Shown: piece after piece, positions 23,921-36,600 of the stretch
Layout of the letters: the number at the start of each line of letters is the position of its first letter
Numbering within the stretch: the first letter of the stretch is position 1
Assembly: GCA_963924565.1 (NCBI GenBank)
Contig: OZ004609.1
Coordinates: 32,364,001 to 32,428,000 of the forward strand
DNA: 64,000 nucleotides
From: Ascidiella aspersa
Taxonomy: Eukaryota
Reading direction: 5' to 3'
Position numbers and translations under genes: made by a program
The notes under the pieces: model-generated
Database searches by the model: none
Seen by the model: the letters and a program-made list of their open reading frames with translations, nothing else
What the model was told of the DNA's origin: nothing

Positions 23921-25915
23921 TTGCGCGAATCCTGATTAGGCAAGCTTCGGTAATAGCCTTTTTAAGGCAAATTAGTATCTAACGGTTGTATTAACCATGC
24001 TTTTTAATATGCGTTAAACTTGCTGTTGTTGTTGTTTACGACTAGCCGTTCGTGTTACGTCACAAGGCCCCAAAAGTGGCGTGATGTTTAGTTGTTACTG
24101 CGTTAAAGCAGGTCATTCTTTCTACAAAAAGTTGGAAGGAAAACGCGCGTGGTTTTATTTGCGACTGGGAAACCAAGCTGAAAGCAGAACCAATAGTTAA
24201 CTTCTGGGATAAAAATCGTCTTAAGTATTTATAAAAATAGCGGGCAGATTATTGTGTTCGTAACAGAATACAAAAAAATAAAAAAGGCTTCTAAATAATC
24301 CACAGGTTTTGTCAAACAAATATACCACGATCTTTTGCGCCACCTAACGGTAAAAAATGATTGTGGACAAATAGGCTGAAATCATTATTAGGTTGACTAA
24401 AATAGACAAAAAAAATATATATGTATATTGGATTAATTAAAGCCAATGAAATCCATCGATATTGCCGTGTACAATGAAGGTTATGACAAAACGCGTAAAC
24501 CTAATATAACAAATAGAGTATGTATAAACTTTTTGGCAAATCGAGAAACATTTTGAAATTTCTATTTGCTGCTTAACGTGCGTGACGCTAACGTCAATCA
24601 ATATCTCTGGGCGGAACTGAGTAGGATTTTTGTTTCAGCTATAGCGGTAGCAGCTACAAATACCTTGGTTATTTACTAGTCATATGTTGTTTTTAGTCGC
24701 CAGTTTTGTGACAGTTGGGAACCTGTGAATTCGATTTGGCTTTTCGCTTAATTGCGCCATTTTTTCGATCGATATTACTCGCCGGAGTATTGGTCAATTG
24801 ATCTAAGAGTGGGCCAACTTGCGAGATGTAATGACCGCTTCAGGGCTAGAGCCTTGATCGATCGCTTCGTTTCAATCCATCTGTTTACTCCTTTCTAGCC
24901 TAGATCGCACAGTTGAAACGACAAGTGTTAAGGTAACTGCGCTTAAACGCGCATTAGTTTACTGAAATTGAAAGAAGGCAGCCTCTGTTCCTTTATATCG
25001 AAATTTTATGTTTTTTACGGTCCTTTTAAGATTGTGTGCAGCGTTGTGTGACAAACATTCATTAAGTATAGATTAGCCTTAATCCGGATATTACTGGTTT
25101 CCTGGTTTTGTTTATTTCAGAATGCAAATAGTTAATTGTTTGAAAGCTGTAGTATTACCCAGTGGATATTATGGGCTTGGAATAACGCTCTAAAAAAATA
25201 AAATTAATTTAGTTAAACTATTCTAATTGTGCTTTATATTTAAAACAATAATTGTTGATTTGGCATTTGCAAGAAATGTTAATCAACTAACTAGGCAGTA
25301 AAGTCTCAGTTGATTTGCATTTATATTTTACCTGACCACCCTTAAGGACCCAGTCTGCATTTTATGGCAATTCATGCCGAGATCTCTAGTGTGCAGCACC
25401 AAATTTTAAGGTGTACAGGTGTGCAATCATGTTTTTTGCACACCTAAGCTACAGAATTCTCCACAATGTAGCTTCTTCCTATATTTTCAGTGCGCGGGAT
25501 AACGATTTGTACACAAATAGCTTTAGAAAAAATATCTGGTGTGTACCTGCCAGCTTAAGTTTGTTGTACTGGGCGACTTGTTATAGTGTAGCAGTAATAA
25601 AGGTGAAAACATAATTATGGCACTTTTCTACTTTAATGTGTACTATTTTTACAATATTATATATATAAATTTATATTGAATATTAAGATTTATCAAAATT
25701 GTATTTATTGAAAAATGTAACCTTCTTGTAATCTATAAGATTCTTAAGGACAAAATCCTTTTTCAATACGATAAAAAAGTTTTTTAATCAATATTTTTTG
25801 TATTATAACTTCCTTAATATTTAAACAAGTAAACGCGTTTGTTTAACAAAACTACATGTGCCTAAGCAGGAATTTGTACATTTTGTGAGACAATTAAGTT
25901 GTAAAATCTGTAAGC

Positions 25916-26635
25916 ATGGATACTTCATCGTGGCGGGTACGTGTTTTGCTGGAGCCCCGCGGATTTATGCGCGCAATCGAGGTGATCCTTGCAATTGTCG
26001 CTTTTGCAACGACTGGAGGTTACCATAGTACGGCCGAATACACCATCAAATGCAATGCTACCTCCACGAAGACCTTTACCGCCACAGTCGATTACCCCTT
26101 CAATTTGCACACTCAGCCTGTGACCTTCACCAACTGCAGCGACAACACTGCCACTTTCATAATGGAAGGTGACCTCTCTCCTTCAGCACAATGGTTCATG
26201 TTCGTCGCCGTCACTGCTTTTCTCTACGCCCTTGGCTCGGTTGTCTTCTACGTTATGTTTGACGCCACTGTGCGACAGACCCATGAGCGAATAGTGACGA
26301 TTGGAGATCTTGCCGGCACCGTGATCTATGCCTTCTTCTGGCTGACCGCCGCCTCTGCATGGGCCTGGGGTCTTGGACAAGTCAAAGTGTGGACAGGCAG
26401 CGACAAAGTTTTCAAGAGTGACGCCTTGAGTATTTGCAGGAGTGGAGTTCAAGGTGTGTGCACTCAGACACAGTTCTATGACTACTCTCCGTTGAACGCG
26501 TCGGTTGCCTTTGCCTTCCTAAACTTCTTTCTGTGGGTGTGCAACGTCTGGTTCGTCTACAAGGAGTCCCCCTACCACATGGAACCGGACAAGCAGCCCA
26601 ACCAGTCTCAGCCACCCCCTCAAAACTTTCAGTAA
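25916..26635 (+). CDS. Synaptophysin/pantophysin-family MARVEL tetraspan vesicle protein (239 aa, intronless CDS)
   Basis: LLEPRGFMRAIEVILAIVAFATTGGY, YPF, S.SAQWFMFVAVTAFLY, FFWL..ASAWA.GL, LN.SV.F.FLN..LW..N.WFVYKE. Four TM helices with luminal Cys pairs; short P/Q-rich tail. Possible 5'UTR exon ending at 24932 (AG|GTAACT). Confidence 0.92.
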   Translation: MDTSSWRVRVLLEPRGFMRAIEVILAIVAFATTGGYHSTAEYTIKCNATSTKTFTATVDYPFNLHTQPVTFTNCSDNTATFIMEGDLSPSAQWFMFVAVTAFLYALGSVVFYVMFDATVRQTHERIVTIGDLAGTVIYAFFWLTAASAWAWGLGQVKVWTGSDKVFKSDALSICRSGVQGVCTQTQFYDYSPLNASVAFAFLNFFLWVCNVWFVYKESPYHMEPDKQPNQSQPPPQNFQ

Positions 26636-29600
26636 ACCTCTTGGCACCGGGTCATCATCAGGTTGACAATATAAACAACTCTCATCCCACCATCAACTAA
26701 ACTTTCGGCTGTGTTGTCTGTGTTCTGTTCCCTAACTGTAAAGAGAAATTGCCTAAAAATGTTTGCTGATGATTTCGGTGATGGATGAATGTGATAACAA
26801 CATTAAAAGCTTTAATTTAACACAAACATTCAACAAAATTGTAGTGACTCAAAAGCACAACATCAGAAATATAAGTACAGAATATTTAAACTGATAGCAG
26901 CGAGTAGTTCTTGTTTGTTTCTTCCGTGAAAATTCAAGCGCTATTTCACTGGTGTTCTAGCACATAAAAATGTTTGACTATTTTTTTGGCCGTTCGCTTT
27001 AAGATTATATCTTTGTTCTTCCAGCTACTGTTGAATAGCTGGTTATACAGTATACACAGGTACTATTTTGTTGAAGCAAGCAATTATATGTTGTTGTATC
27101 CATTTTTTGTTGATGTCTCTCGGCAACTGAGTTCGTGGAAACCCAAAAAGTATGTAGTTGCCTGAAAATTATTAATGATTATTATATATATACATAAAAA
27201 ATTGTGTGGGGATATATTAACAAATGAGACCTTATTTGCTTTCACCTTCCTTAAATAATATGACACTTTGATGCAGAATACTTGATTACCTAACTTTTTT
27301 CAAGTAGTTTACTTTAATGTACAAAATTTTGCCTTTAAGCATCATTGCACAATGCACATGCAGCTTTGTTGTTATGCACACATGCTCTTTCGACTATATA
27401 AGTTAAAACTTACGAATAAAATGTAATTCCATGTCTCATATCTTTTTTCGAAGAGGTATGCATTTGCTAAAATATGCACTACCTATCATATATCGGATTA
27501 CAATTAGTGTTTGGTATATAGGCTTGAATCTAGCAGTGACACCACTTTTACAAGCATTTTTCTACACTTTTTTCCTAAACCATTTGTGATTTATAGCGGT
27601 AATATTTGGTATTCTACCAGATTGTAGTTGTGTTTAATCGTGCGATGCATGTACATGTGCAGGCTGTAATTTAAATAGTCAAATAAATATTTAGTTGTGC
27701 TAACCATAATTTGTTATCTGTCATTTATACGACAGTTTGTTTAGTATTATTAAAAACAAAACATCAAAGGAAGCAACAAAATAAATCTTGTTCAGCGAAA
27801 GCTAATAGATAATTGCAAATAACTACTAGTTAACAAAAAATCGGTTTTTAAAATCATGTGACCCTGAGGTCATATTCTGTCAATTATTCATGATTTCGTC
27901 ATTAGTATTTATGAATCGCATTTCAGCTTTGGTTCATTAAAAGCAAGCTTATTTGCTTCTGAGAAGCAGTTTTATTTATCAAGTCATGGAAAGCTAAGGG
28001 ATGATCGAATTTTGAAAGTAAACCCAGTCGTCATGTGACTATGACGTAACCATTTCAACTCGTGACGCGAGGTTGTGGTTCAAGCAATGAATCTTTTAGT
28101 CGAATTAGGCACAAATGTCGCGCATAAAATATTACTTGGAAGCTAACATGGGGACATTTGGCTTAATCTTGCCTACCACATTTTTGCCCCTTTGGTGATT
28201 TTAAAGCCTGGGCTACTCCATTGTATTGTAACTATACAGGCAGCGGACATACTTGTTACGGCGTGATGTCCTTGACTTGAAGCTTGTTGTTTGGTTTGCG
28301 GCCCGACTTTGCAAAGTCAGTAACTCGACCTAGGTTATAATTGTAGCAAAGTAAACAAACGCCTCTGTTAACGTTTGCGAGCCATGATGACAAACAAAAC
28401 GTTTATCATAATTAACTCTTGTGTGGAGGGTATGTATTCGCAAATGCTCTTGTGCATGTGCAAAAAAATGTAACAACTTTAGTACAAGGCCAACTGTAGT
28501 GTTGTCATTCTGTGAAACGTTAAGCCTCGATCCCAATTATGCATATCATCCCCTGCTGCATACATTCTGTGTGCGGTTCACTCAGCTTGCACAATTCGTA
28601 TGAATCATTTATGGAGCTCTTCGGCGCAGAATGGTTAAATGACGACGCCGTATAATAGCATTAAGTCCAACAAACAATTTCAAATAAGCCGATATGGGAT
28701 TGTTGAAATTAAACCAGCTTCCGTTTGTTATGAGTCTGACCAGTGGTTTCTTAAATTTGTATAATGGCTATGTTTTTCACGGGATAATTTGACATTTAAC
28801 AAAAGCAGTTACATTTTGAATATTTAATAGCCGTAAGTACCAACAGACAATTTTAACCGCTCTTAAAATTGCTGTGAAGAGGCTATACTTTTCAGGGGGT
28901 AATTTTGGCATTAAAGAGGCTACGTTTTGACAATACGAAGCCTACCAATAGACTTACAGTTGTCCAAGAAAAACTAATCTAGAGAAGAAAATGAATTGTG
29001 TATTAAGTTGTCAGCGGTACCGGTAGCACGATCCGAAACCAGGCTTTCACTCGGCTGTAGATTTGTTCAAAACTCACTACATCGAACCACCAACAGACTC
29101 TTACAATTTCGTCAAGTGCTGTTTTCGAATTGTGTCGCCTTTGTGTAATCAAATTCCCCTTTTGTTCATGCGGCAAGCTTGAAGGGAGGCCGCGTTGTTG
29201 TTCACAGTGCAGCTCACGTGATGCACCAAGGGCAAACTGAAATAAAGAACCTGTTTTTTTACGGCTAAATCGATAACGAAACAGTGCTATCGAACGGTTT
29301 AACGTGGGTTTTTGCTAGTCTGAAGCAAATAATCCAAGGCAAGCCACAGGTGGTGCTATTTTTGCTGTTCTATTGTTGCCAATTTGGTTTCGAATACTAT
29401 ACAAGGTTACTTTTTTATGTATTTTTGGTCGGACGAACTTACACGTCGCTAGAATTTCCCTTTTCCATACGCAACCCGCGAGTTGCATTATAATGATATT
29501 TTAGGATCAGGTGAACACAAATGTCTTCTTGGTATTTGTGTAATAACCCGGGGTTTGTTTTTGTTGTCGGTTTGCGCGGCCAAGCTAATTTGAAAATATC

Positions 29601-29916
29601 TTAGCTATTTAAAAAACATTCAGACTGTAGCCCGCAGTTTAACTAACTCCTTAAGATAAGCCTGCTGGCTTTATTTGAACTTTCTAAACCAATATTAAAC
29701 CTATTTCGTGCCACTTTAAAAGACGCTCTTAAAGCGAAAACGCTAACTGGTCAATGTGTCGAGAAAGACACAGCAATCTGTTTAAAAATATAGAGTGAGT
29801 GAATTTTGAATTGCTCAAGCTGTATACGAAAGCAGGGCAAGAAATAAAATGGAACGACTGCTGTCCAAGAGACCTGTTAATCACACGGTAAAAATTACAA
29901 TTCAAAAATAAACTTT

Positions 29917-29999
29917 GAGAGTGCATTGTGACGCTGTCACTACAAATTTCGCAAAGTTTAGAGAGTGCATTGTGACGCTGTCACTACAAAATTCGCAAA
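29917..29999. repeat. Near-perfect ~40-bp tandem duplication immediately 3' of the DHX35-like stop codon
   Basis: GAGAGTGCATTGTGACGCTGTCACTACAAA(T/A)TTCGCAAA occurs twice. Confidence 0.85.
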
Positions 30000-30002
30000 C
30001 TG

Positions 30003-32706
30003 CTAGGAATACTTGACTCGCTTTGCGCTGCTCACACCCTCGTCAGCGTTTGAATCGGCCGCGCCGAAAAATCGCGGCGCAATTTCCTGCAGCCAGTGAG
30101 GCTCGACCACGGTCAGGTCCTTCATGAAGTGGTGCGAGGTGCGAACTATCTCCGAGTACACGACCCAGGCGGGCGGCGCGCGGAACGTTAGAACTGAGGA
30201 AGGGTGTAGGGCGAGGCTCTGGCCGTTCAGGAGGCCGCGGTAAGAGCCGTCCATCTGCAGCTGGGCGACGTTGGCGAAAAGACCCGAGGCGACGCACTTC
30301 TGAATTCGCTCCACCTCGTCGGTGCACGATATAAGCGCTATGTCCATCTTGTCGAGAAACTTGCGCAGCTGGTGCTTGCTTTTGACCGCCTGTTGCAGTC
30401 GGGAGTAGTTAAAGTGATTGCGCTTGCACCATCCGGGGTTGCTTGAGTTACCGTCGCTTGTGAAGGCGTTAAATACGTTTAATAGGGTCACGTGGTCGCC
30501 CTGTTCGACAGCGAACTTGCTGTGCGACTTGCGGACGGCCTTGCGCTGACTAGGAAAAAAAGACACGATTCCCTTGACCATGAGCATCGCCACGATGGTG
30601 ATGATCTCGCTGGAGCACCGGAACTTTTCCGAGTCGACAATCATCTTGACAAAGTGTGGCGCCAGGGGCAACTCGGACATGCGGCGCCCGTAGTTGCTGG
30701 TCAGGTTGCCTTCCTTGTCCAGAGCACCCATCGCGTAAAGGTACTCCAGCCCCCGCATCACAGAGTAGGCCGGTGGCGGCGACAGGAACTTGAAATTTAG
30801 GATGTTATCGACACCGAGCGCCTTCAGTCGGATGATGATGGGCACCAAGTTGCAGCGCTGTATTTCGGGCACCACAGATTCGGGCAAGTCATGCATCTGT
30901 GACTCTTCGAACAGCCGGTAAACCTTTCCAGTCCTTTAGTAAAAAAGAGTGAGTGAACAGAAACAATACAGTATCTAGAGTTCTTGACAAATATCCTACA
31001 GTAGACACACAGTTGTGAAGCTAACCATAAATAAACTTGTGTCAGTGTAAAGTCTGGCCATTTTTTAATTAACTGGAGATGTTACTTTTAATCAATAGGT
31101 TATATTTATTTCTTACAAAATATAAAGGAATTTAAGTATATATGAGGAAATAAATTTATAGAGATGCTTAACTCGGACATGAAACAAGTTATGCTATTAT
31201 CTGTATTATTTGTATATATAAATGTCTACTAAGTTTATGGTTCTGTCAAATCTATAATTTATTTTATACTTAGAGATCTTTGCTAAAAGTGTGTACTGTT
31301 TACAAACATTAGAAAAAAAAACTTTTTAAATAAAACTAAAAATGGCACAATATGAATTTATTTTAAATCAACCATCAATTTTTTCTTTCCAGACTATAAA
31401 AGTTAAATTAGACAATTGTTCAACTTTGCTAGGTTTCAAATATCAACTTTCTTCCTGGATTATATATGTACTCCAGTTAACGCTGTCACATCGGTAGTTA
31501 CTAAAATTATTAACATGCATATTGGTGGTCAAAAATTACATTTTCTAATATTGGAAATGCACTGCACTTATTTAAAAATTACCTAGTCCTGCCACATCTA
31601 CCAGCCCTTTGTTCTAACGAGGCCTTGGAGGCAGGACAAGTTACCACCGACTCTATGCTCGTCTCTGGATTGAACATCTTCATTTTCACAAATCCACAAT
31701 CGACAACAAAACCAATCCTTGGGATGGTGAGAGAGGTTTCCGCAACATTAGTGGATACAATTACTTTACGAACATGTTTCGGCACATGACCAAACACTTT
31801 GTTTTGTTCTGCCATTGGCAGCGAGGCATAAAGCGGAAAAATTGAGAGGTATTTTCCGGTGTTTGTCTCTGACCTCAAACCAACTTTCAAAAGCGTTGAG
31901 ACCTCTTCAACCTCTTGTTGCCCGGTAACAAAAGCAAGGATGTCTCCAGTCTTCTCGTTGAAGTGAATCTTTAATATCGTATCGGCTATTTGCTGGATAT
32001 AATTGGCAACCGGCAATGATGTGTAGAAGATTTCTGGCTGCAGTCTCTTAGTGGGGACCCAAAGGATACTGGCTGCATTAGGTGCTGCATTTTTACCGCT
32101 TTCAAAAAAGGCTTTCATTTTCTCTGCATCGTAAGTCGCAGAAGAGATAACAATGCGCAGGTCCGGCCTTTTCACCTGAATTTTTTTGAGCAATCCGAGA
32201 CACAAATCAGTACTGATGTTGCGCACATGTACTTCGTCGACGACAACAATGCAGAACTTTTTCAACGACGGATCTTTCATTATCTCCTGCAGCAGTATCC
32301 CATCTGTCATATATTTAATGGCGATTTCTTGGGGGTTGCAGCAATTTTCAAACCGAATTTCATAGCCAACCTCTTTTCCCAAAGTTGTGCCCATTTCATC
32401 GGCAACTCTGGAAGCAACAGAAACCGCCGCGATGTGGTTTGGTTGCGTTACGCCAATGCATGTCTTTCCCACATCCGGCCAACCAGCAGTGGCAAGGAAT
32501 TGTGGTATCTGCGTTGATTTACCACTTCCAGTTTCTCCTGAAACCACCACAGTGCGATATTGCTCGAGTAAATATAACAAGTGGTTGCGGCACTGGAAAA
32601 TCGGAAGGTCTTCCTTTTGTTTCGAGATGGACAGGGAAACGTAGCTTGATAGCGAACTCTGTTCGTTTCTGCGCTTTTGGGATGGTTTTCGATACCTCTC
32701 ACTCAT
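30003..32706 (-). CDS. DHX35: DEAH-box RNA helicase, DHX35-like (684 aa, 2 exons), divergent
   Basis: Exons 32706-31583 and 30933-30003 join in phase 2 (QRAGRCGRTR|TGKVYRLF). Motifs: GETGSGKSTQIPQ, DEVH, SAT, STNVAETSLTIP, QRAGRCGR, followed by HA2/OB-fold regions. N-terminus SLSISKQKEDLPIFQCRNHLLYLLEQYRTVVV resembles DHX35. Confidence 0.85.
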
Positions 32707-33101
32707 TTTATGTCAATGTGAGATCTGAGGGCAAAAAAATAATTATTATTTTTTTATTCTGTTATACACGAAAGTTAAATAACGTTGAAGTACATTAGTT
32801 GTTATATAGTTTATTGGTAAATGTGCAAAAACACAACAGGTTTTTGAGTATAAAAATAAATGAAATGTTGGAGTAATTGGTAATCTTATTTAGGGTCTCA
32901 TCCCCATTTTTAACGGCGTTTTATATTATTTAACGTACAATGTGGTCGTAGAAATGTCTAAAGTTAACTGAATATCCCTAAATTTCAAAACGAAAACGCA
33001 AGAACGTTTATTATTATAGATTTACACATGTTGTTATTAAATATTACGTCATTTAATATTCAGTAAGCAAAACGTTCCTCAAGCGTAACAGTTTTATATT
33101 T

Positions 33102-33142
33102 TATAATCACTGATCTCTCTTCATAGAGATCAGTGGTTATAA
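33102..33142. repeat. Short palindromic mini-element in the DHX35/SSR1 bidirectional promoter
   Basis: ATAATCACTGATCTCT-cttcat-AGAGATCAGTGGTTAT hairpin. Confidence 0.6.
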
Positions 33143-33523
33143 TTTATATCATACTAATAAAGAAGTAAAAATCACTTTCTAATTGACTATGTTTAGTCAG
33201 TGTTCTATATTTTTATCTTTTAAACTCAAATAACTCTTTTGAAATAAAAAATGTATTTTATTTGACATTACGTTAGTATGAATAAATTTATATGATATAG
33301 AAAAAAAGTAAAAAACAATTTGCTACTAATTTGTCAAACTATGTTCTTATCGTTAATGGCGTTACGTAACTTAACTATTATGAAGCTTTGGTTCCACAAA
33401 ACTGACATACACACAACCTAATAAGAATTATATTTGAAATAAAATAACTTTTAAAAAAGTCGACACCAGAGTCCACCAAGTGTCGGAATTGGGCCAGCGT
33501 GTAACTACTCAACCGGAACTCTT

Positions 33524-33532
33524 GTCACGTCA
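33524..33532 (-). promoter_or_regulatory. UPRE/CRE-like element upstream of SSR1
   Basis: TGACGTGA on the minus strand fits the UPRE consensus TGACGTG(G/A), ~140 bp upstream of the ATG; an ETS-like CCGGAA is adjacent. Confidence 0.35.
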
Positions 33533-33669
33533 TAACGCCGGCGATTCGTGGCAGCGCCAAAGTTTCTAAGAAGTTTTTGAAATTCGCTTTTTTTGTTAAG
33601 TGAAATGCAATAATAAGCTGTGCTTTGCTTAAGGTTGTTCATTTGTAGAGGTACTATAATTCTGGGATA

Positions 33670-36600
33670 ATGTTTCGTTTATGTTCTAAAGTTTCGTTGC
33701 TGTTTCTTTTACTTTTGCCGTTAGTTCCACTGCTTCAAACTCAAGGTAAGCTTTCACGAAATCAATACTTATAATCGTACCTATGTGACTTTCAAAACAA
33801 CAGTTTCAAAATGGTTTTACAGTACATGCATAGTATTTTTTGTTTACAAATACTATAATTTCTAACCCTTTTTTAAATATTTAAAATTTAATATTTTTTT
33901 GCTGCATAATTAACCCAAAACTTACTAATGTTAAAGCTATTTTATCAGGGTAATATTACTGTAGCGTTAGGAAGTTAATTGGCGCTGGTCTAGAATCCTA
34001 CCACAACGAAACAGCATTTGGGTTAGGGTGCGGGTTAGCGTTTAGGTTAAGGTGGGTCAAGTATTATTATTAAATAAAAAATATAATAATACTTGACCCA
34101 CCCACACACAAACGCTAACCCACATCCTAACTCAAATTTTGTGCGTTGATTTTAGAACTGTGGTAGGATTCTAGACCAGCGCCAGTTAATTTTTATCTTA
34201 TATCTTCTAATCACTAAAATTAGGGTAACACTAATTTATGGAATGATGAATGGTCGCAATGGTCGGAACGCACACAGTATTATTATTAAATATAATAACA
34301 CTTGACCCACCTTCACCCAAACACTAACCCCCACCCTAACTCAAATATTGTGCGTTGGTTTAATAATAGTTTTAACGGGGTAGCACTTAAATTAGTAAGC
34401 GTTCCGACCATTCCCACCTTTCATTATCCCGTAAATTAGTATTACCCCTAAAATTACAAACCTAGTTGACTGACTAACTGGCTACTGCACATGCAAGTTT
34501 TTTTAACCTTGTGTGCTCGTCAAAAAAATCTTAAACTGCTTTTCAAATATGTAAAACGCTTGTGCGGCATGTGTTTACAGTGAAATGTATGTAATACACA
34601 GTGTATTGGAAAATCCTAGTGCTCGCGGGATTGTACACCCGGTCTACCGGATTGCACCACAACATCTTGTTAAGATCTGCCATACTTTCCAGACTGGGCT
34701 GTAATTCAATATAAGCTCTTTAAAAATTAAAAAAATGCTACATCAAATGTCTAAAAACAATGTATTTCTTGTTTAAGAAATAAGAAGTGGCATTTTAGAT
34801 TCACAATGGTTTAGGCTCCAGGTTTAATCTGTTGGTTTGTGTCTTGTGTGTGCACTGTGCACTTACATACTTTGTATAGTGGTCAACAAGCTTTCATTAG
34901 GATCTGCTATTCTTTGGGTCGCGACCCATGCGTTGAGAACCACTGATCTAGCCCTTCTAAAGGCGCATTTACACCTTCTATTTTACATAATACTTGCCTA
35001 AGAATTTGTATTATAATTTAACAACAGGAACACTAAACACGGATCTGTTGATTATCTTCAGTAGATGGAGAGTGGCCCAAATAATAGATAAAAGATTCAT
35101 TCTTTTATTAGCAAACGTTTCGGCAATTTCTTTTGCCATCATCAGTGCAGTAAGTGAGACTAAGATAAAAACGAGTCACTATATAGACGCTCGGACGTTT
35201 TTTAACAACAGGTTTTGTACAAAATGCAGACTGGGCAAGACCTCTAACCCCATTAAGTTAACTTAAAGAAAGATAGACTAGAAGTTTATTTAAATTGTGT
35301 TTCACAACAGGTTTTGCACGGGCAGAGGAAGATGAAACGATTGATGTGGAGGGAGAGGTTGTTGAGGACGATGAAGGAGAGGTAGAAGATGAAGATGATG
35401 AAGGAGAAGTCGTCGAAGATGAGGCGGGGAGCAAAGCTTATCCTTCTGCTGTAAGTTTGCATTTATTATAGCAACTATAATAGATTTAGTATATCAATCC
35501 CCACATAGAAGTTAAATAACATTTTGAACATTTTAATTATTTTATCCTTGTGCTGTAAGTTTGCCTACTATAGCAACTGTGATGAATTTAATACATGCTG
35601 GGTTGCTATGAATCTTTAAAAGTCTTGAATATCATTAAACTAATTTGCACAATGAAAAACCCTATGTTTTTTAAAAGCCTTTAAATAAGTTTTAAAATTT
35701 GTTTCATGTGTTGCTTTAGATTCAGTAAGTGCGATTAAAAAAAAATAATTTTCTTTGTTTTTATTGTGTTTTTGGCATTTATCCGGTTTGTTTTCGGATT
35801 ATATATATTAAAAAAAGGCGAGCAATCCTGTCTTTACATGGCTTTAAAATTATTTTAAAATGTTTTTAAATCTTGAACTGTTGTCATGAAACTGTGTGGC
35901 AACCTTTTATAATTATGGTAGCAATATCAAAGGCCATAAAAAAGGTAACATTTTACAAATTTCAAATAATTTTAAAGAGTTATTTACATGTTAATAAATT
36001 TCAAATAATTATGTAATTAAGTCTACATACAACATTAGGTGAAAAAATTCCAAATCAAATATAATCTGCAACTGGCCCACCCTCGTTATGTCAACGATTG
36101 CACATCTTGGGGGTTACTAATTTGTGAACCCTTGGATCAACTAATCCAGGATGTTTGTGTGGGCAGGGGGTTTATTAAGTTTATGGGAATGACGTCATAG
36201 AACAAATAATCCTAAAAAAATTCGGTACTGCTTAAATTTTGTCTAATTGCGCTTCCCAGGTTAAAAACACCAAAAGCATTTTTTCAGTCGGTGATCCAAA
36301 TGTTGTGCATAAATCGTTTACATCTTCAATTATTTTTGTTAGACTGACGAGGAGGAAGCCGAAGTAATCACGGCCCACAAGGAAACCGAAACAGCGATCA
36401 TTTTCACAACCGGTGCTGAACGTAAGTCACAATTTAGCCACTATTCATTTTGTGAAATAATAAACTTCTGGCCAAAAGATGTATAAACGATAAAATAGGG
36501 TCAATGGATATTTACCTTTTATATATATACAGTATACACCCTTGAAACAAACTTAGTTCCTAAATACCCCGAAAATCCTCTAAAAACAGTTTGTTTAACA

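Noticed and set aside
30043-30800. Alternative-frame and antisense ORFs over DHX35-like exon 2
   Set aside because: Artefacts of GC-rich coding sequence with few stop codons.
34020-34060. Interstitial telomere
   Set aside because: Only one or two true TTAGGG units, embedded within TIR/TSD-bounded MITEs.
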